A stretch of 64,000 nt of DNA from positions 34,536,001-34,600,000 of the forward strand of contig OZ249440.1 in NCBI GenBank assembly GCA_965235115.1, written 5' to 3'. The notes under the pieces were generated by a model. It saw only the letters and a program-made list of their open reading frames with translations. It was not told the DNA's origin and searched no databases. Both the position numbers and the translations under genes were made by a program. Position 1 is the stretch's first letter. Each line of letters starts with the position of its first letter. Below, one piece after another: positions 34,087 to 46,581 of the stretch. The stretch comes from Laetmonice hystrix. Lineage: Eukaryota.

Positions 34087-36740
34087 GGCAGTTCCTGGAG
34101 GAGGAGTTTGTTTCAAAGGTTTTGGCCAGTTTATTTGCTATTTCATCTGTGGTGGTTAGTAGGGTGTCTTGGTGTTTTAAGTGTTGAACTCCAGTACCAC
34201 CTCCCTTGCCTTTAAGTCTCCGTATCATGTTCCAGACTTTTTTGATAGGAGTACGAGAGGTCAGGCTGGAGACGTAGTCTCTCCAGCTCTGCCTCCGACT
34301 CTCTTTGCAGATACGGCGTGCCCTTGCTCTCATAATTTTAAAATTAGTAAGGTTCACTGCAGTTGGATGCCTGTTGAAAAGGCGTTCTGCTTTCTTTTGG
34401 TCTTTAATTGCCTGCTTGCAGTCTTCATCAAACCATGGATTTGAGACATGTTTGGGAATTGTCGAGGTTTTAGGAACTGTCCTATCTGCAATGGAGATTA
34501 AAAGCGAGGTAAAATCATCCATTGCTTCAGGATCGTTAATGATGTCGTTAAAGTTGCCACCGTTGCTGCTTTTCCCCTATATTGGGTCCTTCATATGAAA
34601 GGATGGTGGGAAAGTGGTCACTCCCGCAAAGGTCATCCCAGACCCTCCAGGAGAAATCCAGCAGCAGATCTGGTTCAGCTATTGCAAGGTCAATGGCTGT
34701 ATAAGTGCCATGACCGGGATGTAAGTATGTGTTTGAACCATCATTAAAAATGCATAGAGCATGATTATCAATGAACTCTTCAATCTTCTTGCCCTTGCCA
34801 TCAGTTGTAGTACCACCCCATAAGGGATTGTGGCCATTAAAATCTCCCAAAAGGAGATATGGAGTTGGCAGTTGACCCACTAAATCATTAAGATCCTGGT
34901 GGGCCAAGTTACTGTTTGGGGGAATGTATATGGAGCAGATAGTGATGGCTTTATGTAGAGTTAGGCGTATGGCTATTGCTTGTAATGGTGTGTCTATTGT
35001 AACTGGGCTATGGATGAGGTCTTGTCGGACCAGAATGGCAGTGCCGCCAGCAGCACGGTCACCATCTGGTGCAAAACCAAGGAAGGTCTGATAGCCCTTA
35101 AATGAGACTTTGTCTCGGGCAGTAAGAAATGTTTCTTGTAGACAAAGGGCAAGAGGATCAAGGTTTTCTGCTAAAAGTCTGAGCTCATTAAAATTGGCTC
35201 TAAAACCTCGACAATTCCATTGAAGGAAGCATTTGCCTGCCATCAAGGTGGTTTAACAGGCAAACGCCCCCTAGATTTTATTTTGGGGGAAAGGCTGCGA
35301 CTACGACCAGTCGTAGCATCAGCCATTTCAACATCTTGAAGATGCTGAAATTTGTTTGTAAGTGCTATTGCACTATTGTTGGAGGCTGCCTTGGGCAGCC
35401 GATCTGTGATTATTTTCTTCTTTGGTCGATCTTTTTTTGTAGATGGCTCTTTAGTATTCGGTTGATCTTTTTCCAGAGATGGTTCTTTTGTACTCGGCCC
35501 GGCCTGTGGAGGAGGAACCGAGGTTGTCTGGCTTTGTGTTGAGGCGGCTTTTTTAGGTGGCTGTCTCGAGACGGCTTTTTTAGGTGGTTCATTTGTGCTG
35601 TCAGCGGGATCAGGGTAGGTCACAGGTTTATCCCCCTTGACCCACACCATCTCCGTTTAACAAGCGCAAGTCCGTGTGGTAGGCTTAACAGCGGCAGCAT
35701 AGGTTTTAACTGTTGGTGGAAGCAAATATTGCTCCACCAATTTGGTGCCTCAGGGAAACTAAGTTTTCTCTCTGTTTTAACCTTGAGGATTTCTTTTTCC
35801 TTTTTCCACACGGAGCATTCGCGTGAAACAGTGGAATGACCTTGCCCGCAGTTGGCACATTTAGCAGGCTTTTGACAGCCTGTATGGTCATGTCCTGTTT
35901 CAGCGCACTGAGAACATTTTTGTTCATTTCTACATGAGTCGGTCCCATGCCCAAACCTCAGGCACTTAAAGCAACGCAGAGGATTTGGGATGTAGGGATC
36001 AACTTTTACCTTTAGAAAGCCAATCTCGAGTTCATCTGGTAGAGTGGGCCTGTCGAATGTCAGAAAATATGTGTGTGTCTTGATGGTGTTACCATCTCGT
36101 TTCACTATCAATCTTCTGACTTCCGACACACCTTGCCAGCTCAACCCAGCAAGGATCTCCTGTTCAGTTGTCGTGTCAAGAGAGTTGGTTCTAATAACAC
36201 CCTTGCTGGAGTTGAGCGTCCGGTGACGAGAGGCCTTAATACTGTAACCTGCGAGTACTGTGGCACTCAGCAGGTTCGCAGATTGGGCCTTCGTGGCACA
36301 CTCTACCAACAGTTGGCCAGACCTCAAACGTTTACAATCTTTGACTGTTCCAGCTATCCCCAATATGCCTTCATGGATGGCAAAAGGGGATAGCTTAGAT
36401 ATTGGTCGTTCAGGTTCCTCCGATTCAACAATGATGAAACGAGGCCATTCAGTTGAAGGTTCATTCTCCATAGACCGGTCCGAGTCAGAGTCCGTTAGTT
36501 TCAGTAGTTTTCTTTTGGGGGGATTGTTTGATGCCATGGTTGTGTTAGATTGTTTCACCAACCCTATTCCCCACCCTCCACGGAGCCCAACAAGGGGAAG
36601 TGCAGAGCTGCAGTAACCAGCAGTTGCACACCAAGGATATATAGGGTTGGTATACTCAAGCAATGGAACGAAAGAGGGTGTTGGCATTACTTGATTGACC
36701 CTAAGCCACCGCCTTCTAGGAATAAAGAAGAAATACCTGA
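34087..36740 (-). mobile_element. Nimb-like LINE 5' half (ORF1 and EN), frameshifted
   Basis: ORFs 35620-36822, 35243-35650, 34548-35246 and 34082-34522 are homologous to the full-length copy. Confidence 0.92.
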
Positions 36741-38524
36741 GAAGCACATCGGAAAAAGATTCACTGTACATTAACCTGATACACCTGATTACCTGACCCG
36801 GAAACATCCACGGATTGGCCAAACATCACGGAAAGAACAAGATACACTGACCTCCTGACTGCTGACTAGCGGTAAGTGCCTTGGCGTAACATTTCTACAT
36901 ATTTGTTTGCATAAACTATAAGAGAATGGAATAGGATAGGATATGTCCCTTTTGTTTCAAACATGGACTATCAGATAAAACGAAAAAGTAATGCAGATAA
37001 GGTAGCCAAAATAAGGTATAGATTATGAAGGACACATAGTGAAAATGATAATGCTGAAGAATAGGTGAGAGTGTTAACAAACGCGGCCCTGGCCAGACCC
37101 CGGCATGGAGGTGTTGGGGGTATGGTGGGGGGGGGGGGGGAGGGTTGGCGGGGGTGGAGGCGCCGTGCGCCGGCTGGCTTGGTGTTCTATCAATCGGAAA
37201 GAAAACCCGCGTTGCCCAAGTGGTATTTAGATATGTGTCGACTGACTTGTGTGAGGGTTTATATCGTGTTTATATGCCTGTCAGTGTGCATCGTCTATGA
37301 AGATCACTTTAAGTGAACGGCAGTCACAACGGTTGCGGATTGTATGGCTTGGCGTGAAAATAAAGGGACATGCTATGTAGCATACCTGATGTCTGTCCCC
37401 ATGTGCGCATAAGATATTGTATTTAAATAATTATTTTCCTGGGAATTAGCTGTGCGGGCTGCGAGGGGATGTATACCGGCCGTTTTGCGTACGCTAGCTT
37501 CGACTGCACTGTACCTGGTGCTCCGCGGTGTAGCGGCCTTGGAGCCCTCACTTACCGGGACTGGAACCGAGCAAGTGCCGTCACCATGCACAGTTCCCCC
37601 GTGGGTATTGTGGCGGAATAACCGCGCTGAGAAAAACCCGTCTTTAACAGGCATAATTGCAGCTATAGTTTCACCGAGGTGTCCGTTATGAATACGGAAA
37701 ACCTGGCGGGGATATTAGACGAGTCTATAGCACTAATAAAGAAATGCAAACTGTATGTTTGGCTTATGTGCAGGCGCAACTGTAGAAGCACTATCAGTAA
37801 GCGGGACTTCTAGACGCATACAGCCGCGACAAGTCAGTCGGCTAGCCGGTCTCACTCCCCATTCACTTGCGAAGGGCTGAGCCGTGCTGTAACGTAAACG
37901 GATATGTAGCTAATGGGAATCTAATATATGAAAACAGATCGAAATATAAGACGGCATCTATCATGACATCTATACGTCATCTTTATGCGGAAAAGGAAAG
38001 TGCTGGCAGAGCGGCATTATGTACATCATACTGGACTGTCAACTTTGCCAGCTCATGTTTTCATTGCGTGTACAACGCTACCGGTCCGGGTGGGGGAAGG
38101 TGTGGGATGGGGGAGCCGGGGCCGGCGGCCGGTGCGTGTAAGCCACGACTCCAGTTGGTGGTGGGCAGGCGGCCGCGGACTGGAGCCGTGGCCGGCGGAC
38201 GCCATGTGCCTCGGACGGGTCGGGAGGGGAGGGTGCAGCCGGGGCCGGGGGCTCACTCTCCGCCGGCAAGACAAGGGTGAGGGCGGGGTGGGCCGGTCGA
38301 GTCGACGGGAGATAGTGACCAAAGTATACAGAACTTGTGAACCTATATGTGAATGTATGTGCAGGTCCCGGGTAATGAAGGCGGCAAGGCATGTCATTGT
38401 TTATACGTAATGTATATCAGTAAAGTCCTCTCTGAAAAGAGCAAGTTGAAAGTCCGGTTTTAACTTGTCACATTGTCAGAAAAGTGGTGCTTTTTACATT
38501 GGAGCATATGCTTGTGTTACAGCA

Positions 38525-40729
38525 ATGACTACGTATATATCCCAGTGCCTGAAGGCAGGCACCTATGACGCTGCACGTGCATTTATAATGAGGCCGGGCA
38601 GCAGAATGATGACCGTGCCATCCCTTAGAGAGGAGATGGTAGATGACAATATCTACATGATCGCCCAGATCATAAAAGCCAAAAAAGGAGTGTGGCGATG
38701 TGTCGTCAAAAGCAAGACACAGACGCAGAAGACTGAGCATGCCTACGATAGGCTGTTCATGTTAAGGTAAGCTTCCAATTAAAATAATCTTGGAAAGGTA
38801 CAGTGACGCTATGCCATATTGAAAAGCAGCGTGGACATATGGCCTATGTATTATATACGGTGGTAGAACATCAGGACAAGGAGGCAGACATAACGCATAT
38901 CCATATGGGTATTAATTGCGACTTCAGAACGGCCTACATGTACGTTATGATATGAACTATTTAGAAAGCGCTTCTAAAAAAGGCAAAATATTGCTGTGGC
39001 GGGGGTGGGGGGTTGTTTTTTTTTGGGGGGGGGGGCATATATATGCATATATTGTAACTTGCATGACAGTATGAATGGTTATTACAATGGAGCTCCATGT
39101 TAGGAGTGCCATATATTGGGACATTGCCAAAGGTAGCGACATGGGATATGAATTATTGTTTCAGAGAGCTTTCGGAGGGAAGCCTCTTTCATATGAAGAC
39201 CAAGACCTCCGAGGAATCGACCAACTTAATGATGGCAGACAACGTACAGTGGTTGGGCGCCACTGTTCTCCTTTACGAGCCCATGTTCGAGGGGGAAGAA
39301 ATGTTCAACCTTCCCGTCTTTACCACAAGAAAGCCTCTGATACCAATACACAGTGACATCCTGTCACCAGGAGCGGGCTACGCGCCCGAAGATGCAAAGA
39401 CGGAAGGATTCTACCCACTGTACGGAGCAGTGGAGGACCTCAAAGTCAAAAACGTGGAAATCGTGCAGACCTGTGGCGCCATCTGCTGCAATGGGAGTCA
39501 TGGAGCGGACAGGCACTGCTTCGGGACGGACGGCAGTGAAAGAGTGAAAGGGGCCTTGTACTGCAGGGTGATATCGAAGAGGATGAAGATAAAGAATGTT
39601 GAATTTACTTCAAGGAGCTTCGGCCAGATCTTCCTCCAGGAAGGATATCTGAAAGTAAGTTCAGGAATCTAAGTTGCAAGTGTGCTAACTTTTTCATTGT
39701 CACTGTAGCCTGGACATTCCACATCGGTATGCCACTCGTTACTTTTTAAGAAGAGGTCAATCCCTGGGAGAGTTAATGTTATGTAACTTTGTCATTGAAA
39801 GGTGTAGAGCCGACCCCGATATTGGTAATGAAAAGAAATGGTAGCACAAAGTAAAGATTTGCTACAATTACAAATACAAAGACATGGGAGGGCATAGATA
39901 CCAGAAGGGACCACGAGTCGACATTGCTATAAATCATTGTGTACATAAGAAATGTCTGTTGCAGGAAAGCATGGACACTGAAGAAGAAATGGAAACCCTG
40001 TGGAAGCACATCAATGATGGCCTCGACGCATACAAGAGAGCGGGCGTGAAATGGATTGTAAGCGGATGGTACAAGTCCGCCGTCCGCGCTGGAAGTGAAG
40101 TTGGCAAAGGGACCAAGTTCCATATCACTTCCATCCAGCCGGAGAGGTCACTAAACCTGGAACTGCTGGGAACGGCCGTCCACATTCCACATGTCGTGTC
40201 AGTCCTGAGGGATAGGGCATTGCCCCCCGCCCGTATAGAGCTGCCTCGCCAGGCCCGGCCAGCAGTTGCCGCTGCACCTGACCTCACTACAGACCCCCTA
40301 GATTTGCCTCGCCAGGCCCGGCCAGTAGCCGCAGCAAGTGACCTCATAACGGACCCGGCAGGACAGTGTGGTCGCGCCCCACATAACAGAGGCAAGAAAC
40401 GTGCTCGGCCGTCATCAGCCGAACCATCCACATCGGATGGTCGCAGGGCGCGACCACAGGAGGCACCGACCCCCTTCAAAATTGCGCGACTGGAGGTAAG
40501 AAACCATTGACATCAACAAAATAGCACCTACATACATGGTGAGCTGGATGAAAGGGGTACTGCCAGTACAGGCATCTACACAGTCAGCACCGCCACTTTA
40601 GATATGTCATAATGCTCTGCTGTCAACAGAACGTGTAAGGAATATATCTATACTGTGATATGCATGGCTAAGAAGTATTTCAAATTGTTCTTCTCACAGA
40701 CTGCAGAAGAGGAATCAGACGGGGAGTAA
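38525..40729 (+). CDS. Predicted 4-exon gene, 430-aa protein of unknown function (exons 38525-38766, 39165-39654, 39965-40495, 40700-40729)
   Basis: Three GTAAG...CAG introns with matching phases (2, 0, 0) join the open frames into one uninterrupted CDS ending TAEEESDGE*. Confidence 0.75.
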
Positions 40730-41391
40730 TGGGCCGCCTTCAACGTTGCTGCGTATCCGCAAACCTATATTTCACCACCTATCCTTCCTCCTCAATAACT
40801 GTCACTGTCAACAAGGGCGTGTACCCATTGACATGCTGACTCCCATCTGTCTATCTGGTATGAAGTCTCCAGTGCTGCGTGGCCAGGGACCTGATTACCT
40901 CACACTTTCTATATCCTACTCACTGTCACTGTCAACAAGGGCGTGTACCCGTTGGCATGCTGACGTCCACCTCCCCTTTTGCTGTTGCCACTGGTATAAT
41001 GGCATTGTAAGTTAGTATTTGAGGGTACCCAGCAACGTCATTTGGCCTGGAGAATGGTAATGACGGCGGAAAAAGAGAAGTACCAGAAATATTTCCTTTT
41101 TCAACAAGGATAGAATGCTACTTCAGATATGCAGGTGGGATTGGACATACAGATAATTTACTGAGGCTTTGCCTCACCTACCTGTGTCATATAGTTACAG
41201 GCTCATCTACCTGTCTCATATAGTTCCAGTAAATGCCGGAAAGGGGAGGCTTCGCCTCCACCACTGCATTGCCGGTCTCTTCATATAGGCCCCTATCAAG
41301 GCAAGTGGTGATGTTATACAGCACCACATAAATTAAGAACCCCTCAACTGAAGGAAATGCACATGAGTTTTAGTGACAGATAAATGGTTGA

Positions 41392-42249
41392 GTGAGTGAG
41401 TGAGTGAGTAGTGGTGGTTTTGCGCCGTGTCGGCATCTGGGGCCATCTTCACGGCGAAAACAGAGTTATAAAACCATAAAACCAAAGGAACCTATTTTAT
41501 CCCGGGTCCCAACGGGAATACCACCAAAACACATCTATAAAAGAGTCAGAAGTCAAGCCTCTGACAAGAACTCTAAAATCACTCCTGGTCTGACATTGCT
41601 AAAAAGATCCCTAAGACTCGTCTCATTATAAAACCTTTGTCTGATGAGAGTAAAATCACCACATTCGAGTAAAAGATGCTTCAGTGTCAAAGGACACTGA
41701 CAGCCATGACATTCTGGAGGTGGCTCCCCCTTCAATAAAAACACATGAGTTAATCTAGAATGACCAACTCTGCATCGAGTAAAAACAATTTCATGCCTCC
41801 GTTGGGTTAGGCCATGATGATACCTTTGGTTTACGATGGGACTGATCTGATACAACTTATTGTTTGGCTGTTCATCCCATTCAGCCTGCCATTTGTTTTT
41901 AACATAAGCCCAGACGGTAGGCCTGAGGTCAGAGGCTGGGATTGGACACAATTCGACGTCTGTTTCAAGCACTCTCTTGGCAGTTCTGTCGGCTTGCTCA
42001 TTGCCCGGTATGCCAACATGGCCGGGCACCCAGCAAAAGTGAATATCAAAGTTTGCATTGGCAAGCACCGCCAACTTGGACAAGATTTGGACGATCACTG
42101 GGTGATCTGTGTTCAAGTTAGCTCAAGTGCCTGCAGACAGGATAAGGAATCCGAGAAAATGAGGAAGTCCTTTTTGCCAGAAACTTCAATATTTTGAAGG
42201 GCAAGAAGCAGGGCCCGGGCCTCTGCTGAGAAGATGGATCTTTGCCCTG
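41392..42249 (-). mobile_element. 5'-truncated Nimb-like LINE with 14-bp TSD
   Basis: TSD AGATAAATGGTTGA at 41378-41391 and 42250-42263. Confidence 0.93.
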
Positions 42250-43058
42250 AGATAAATGGTTGACAGGAAGTAATACTATTATATGTCCTTTCCAGAGAAG
42301 CCCACGCAATCATGAAGAGGATGACATGCCGGAAGAAACCACTGCAAGAAATAACGAGACAGATAAGTATTACAATACAGTCAATGTTACCAATGAGCCA
42401 CCCACCTTTCTCATATAATGGAACGGCGGTAAGGGGAGGCTTCGCCTCCACCAGTACAGGCTGCCGGATATAGGCCCCTAGGAAGGCAAGGGGTGATGTT
42501 ATACAGGACGGCATGAAATAATAACCCGTAAAGTTAACGATTTCCACGAGAGTGAAACTGGCAGAGAAATGTCACAGTAATCTCGCATGGATGTGCTTTA
42601 TGACATGTGGAGAATTTGTTCCGTCAAGTCTACAGTAACTAATAGTATGAAATGCCATTTTTAGAGCAGAACCAGATATTCACATGGGCTAACCAAGCAC
42701 TGCGACAAAGGACGGAAAAAGATAAGTATTATTAAACCGGAACAGTTCAAAATGTTATGGTATGATGACATGAAGACATATCGGGTGGATAAAAAAAAAC
42801 GCCCCGAACTTTAAACTTCAATATTTTAAAAAGTAATGATTGTAATTCAATGAAATTTTTCTTAATATCACTTCATGATGTTGTCTCTTACTTGTTAATG
42901 TTACAACTCAATAGCTTGGATAATATTTCCGTGGGGCTGACTGGGCATTAAACACCAACTACTCACTCACTACAGCCAGGCGGGGTATATTGGGACCTAA
43001 TCGCTACAGGCAGTTGGCGTAGGGTCCTAATCACTCTGGGCAGGTTGGTGTCAACTCC

Positions 43059-43605
43059 TAAAACCCCTAAAAAGACGTATTATACATCATTCGAAGGCAA
43101 GTGGTTCAAAAGTTAAATTTTCAAGGTGGCTTTGGGCGGCCATCTTGAATTCGACCTGACCTTGACCTTCAGTTGAAAATATAACATCAGAAATGGATTC
43201 TACATACCCAAAAACCCCTAAAATGACGTATTATACATCATTCTAAGGCAAGTGGTTCAAAAGTTAAATTTTCAAGGTAGCGCTGGGCGGCCATCTTGAA
43301 TTTGACCTGACCGTGACCTTCCATTGAAAAAATAACATCAGAAATGGATTCTACATACCCAAAAACCCCTAAAATGACGTATTATACATCATTCTAAAGC
43401 AAGTGGTTCAAAAGTTAAATTTTCAAGGTAGCGTTGGGCGGCCATCTTGAATTTGACCTGACCTTGACCTTCAATTGAAAAAATAACATCAGAAATGGAT
43501 TCTACATATCCAAAAACCCCTAAAATGATGTATTATACATCATTCTTAAGGCAAGTGGTTCAAAAGTTAAATTTTCAAGATGGCGTTGGGCGGCCATCTT
43601 GGATT
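43059..43605. repeat. Tandem repeat, ~150-bp unit, ~3.6 copies (probably internal to a non-autonomous DNA element)
   Basis: AAAACCCCTAAAATGACGTATTATACATCATTC recurs at ~43059, 43211, 43361 and 43512. Confidence 0.9.
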
Positions 43606-44327
43606 TATGCAGATTACGAGATTTGCCCAAAGTTGCCCTTTGGGCAACCAAGTTGAATTTGTTCTAGGACCCCATTAGAGTATGAATCAACAAAAAAATT
43701 TCATAGGAAAGAACATTTCTAGGTTCCGGAAATTTCAACTGGACTAGGGTGTCACCTTGACAGTAATATACCTCACCTTCCATGTACGTCGGTAAATTAC
43801 ATAAGTATGAAGTATTGTTGAGCTTTGACACAGAATAACCCCTGTGAGTTTCCATTTCAGAAAATGTCACGTCAGGCAGATATTGACATAGCCGAATAAA
43901 GGACTGTCCAAGAGGCCGGAAAAAGATACGTAATATTACACAGATTTAGATATCATTTCCCGTATGGAAGTACATTAGAAGATATGTATTTGGGCACTTG
44001 CCATCTTGATATTGTAATGACCTTATTTCATGTAAGCCATCAGAAACATCAGTTGCAGTGGTCTGCAAGGGTGACAGCACTGTTACACTGGTCAGCCATG
44101 CCACGAAGTTGTCAGTACCGTCCACATAAAATACGACTAATACTTTTCTATATCATACAGCAACATGGGATGAGGAGACTGACATGGCCGCATCATAAGT
44201 GGGAAAGAGGACGAAGTATTTTTACTAATATAGAATTACGTAAGTGTCATGCATGGTTCTGTAATAAAATTCAGTTGTCTGTAGAGTTCACAGCAAATAA
44301 CACCAATATAGCCCTTTTTCATGTAGG

Positions 44328-44644
44328 AGTGAGTGAGAGTGAGTGAGTAGTGGTGGTTTTGCGCCGTGTCGGCATCTGGGGCCATATTCACGGCGAAAAC
44401 AGAGTTATAAGACCATAAAACCAAAGGAACCTATTTTATCCCGGGTCCCAACGGGAACACCACCAAAACACATCTATAAAAGATTCAGAAGTCCAGCCTC
44501 TGACAAGAACTCCAAAATCACTCCTGGTCTGATATTGCTAAAAAGATCCTTAAGACTCGTCTCATTATAAAACCTTTGTCTGATGAGAGTAAAATCGCCA
44601 CATTCGAGTAAAAGATGCTTCAGTGTCAAAGGACACTGACAGCC
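44328..44644 (-). mobile_element. 5'-truncated Nimb-like LINE (short 3'UTR type)
   Basis: Tail, 3'UTR and ORF2 C-terminus. Confidence 0.9.
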
Positions 44645-45316
44645 CTTCACCACACTAAGATAGGCGAATAATGGACTGACAAGGAGGCCGGAAAAAGGTA
44701 AGTATTTTAACCAATATCGAAGTTTCGCTATGTGTCATGTAAACTTATGTGATACAGGCAAAGAGGACGAAGACATAAGTATTCATACTTATATAGAATG
44801 ACATAACTGCCATGTATGGTTCTGTAATAACATCTATGTTCAGTCGTCTGTAGCGTTCACAGTAAATTGCACCAATATTGTACTTTTTCATGCACCAAGA
44901 GCGGATGACCCGACTAACATAAAAGATAAGTATTTGATCAAAGATCAGAGTTTTGCTATGTGTCATTTTTAGTTCTGTGATACCTTCAGTGTTAAGACAT
45001 CCGTACAGTCCACCTGTAGTAACGGAAATAACTACCATTTACAGCTGGAGCCCTTTACAGCTGGAGCCCATCACCACAGTTACATGGCTGAACAACATAC
45101 TGAAAAGGAGGACGCAAGAAGATAAGTAATTTTATACACATGGCAGTATCCTTTACAATGTCACTTTTAATTTCAACATATTTTAGAGCAAGTTTCAAAT
45201 GTATTTGATCATCTCGCTGTAGTGCTCATATGGCATTAACAAAGGGGCTTTTAATGTGAATGCTGCAGCAGGGCGGAAACTATATATAGATGGCCCTTGT
45301 ATGGGACTAAAGAGGG

Positions 45317-46581
45317 AGTGAGTGAGTAGTGGTGGTTTTGCGCCGTGTCGGCATCCGGGGCCATATTCACGGCGAAAACAGAGTTATAAGACCATAAAAC
45401 CAAAGGAACCTATTTTATCCCGGGTCCCAACGGGAACACCACCAAAACACATCTATAAAAGATTCAGAAGTCCAGCCTCTGACAAGAACTCTAAAATCAC
45501 TCCTGGTCTGATATTGCTAAAAATATCCCTAAGACTCGTCTCATTATAAAACCTTTGTCTGATGAGAGTAAAATCACCACATTCGAGTAAAAGATGCTTC
45601 AGTGTCAAAGGACATTGACAGCCATGACATTCTGGAGGTGGCTCCCCCTTCAATAAAAACCGATGGGTTAATCTAGAATGACCAACTCTGCATCGAGTAA
45701 AAACAATTTCATGCCTACGTTGGGTTAGGCCATGATGATACCTTTGATTTACCATGGGACTGACCTGATACAACTTATTGTTTGGTTGTTCATCCCATTC
45801 GGCCTGCCATTTGTTTTTAACATAAGCCCAGATGGTAGGTCTGAGGTCAGAGGCTGGGATTGGACACAATTCGACAGCTGTTTCAAGCGCTCTCTTGGCA
45901 GTTCTGTCGGCTTGCTCATTGCCCGGTATGCCAACATGGCCGGGCACCCAGCAAAAGTGAATATCAAAGTTTGCATTGGCAAGCACTGCCAACTTGGACA
46001 AGATTTGGACGATCACTGGGTGATCTGTGTTCAAGTTAGCAAGTGCTTGCAGACAGGATAAGGAATCCGAGAAAATGAGGAAATCCTTTTCACTAGAAAC
46101 TTCAATATTTTGAAGGGCAAGAAGCAGGGCCCGGGCCTCTGCTGAGAAGATGGAACTTTGCCCTGAGATGCGGGTGCCAAAGTTGTGCTTGCCATGAACT
46201 GCTGCCGCAGACACATCACTGCCATCCTTTGAGCCATCAGTATAGAAGGCATAATGATACCTTGCCTGGACGTCAAGGAAATGGTCAAAATATGTCAGGG
46301 GATGAGTCTCTGACTTCTTCAGTTGAGCCAACTGAAGGATTACATCAGGCTTTTCTAGGTCCCAAGGAGGGATAGTGCAAAAGTGTGTCTGCCCTAGGAC
46401 GTTTAGATCAACATCTAGTTCCTCTAGATGAGGTTTCACCCTCAGTCCAAAAGGACGTATGTACGTTTCCTTCCTTTCATATAAATGTTGGAACTGAGGG
46501 TGAAAAACGCAGTTGTAAGCTGGATTTGAATGGTTTGTCCTGAGGTTGACTGCATACTGCAGAGCCAGCTTCAGACGCCTG
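45317..46581 (-). mobile_element. 5'-truncated Nimb-like LINE (RNase H to 3' end)
   Basis: ORF 45453-46685 matches the ORF2 C-terminus. Confidence 0.93.

Noticed and set aside
37065..38410. Overlapping GC-rich ORFs on both strands
   Set aside because: Low-complexity Gly/Arg/Pro translations are expected from GC-rich DNA; this is more likely regulatory or UTR sequence.
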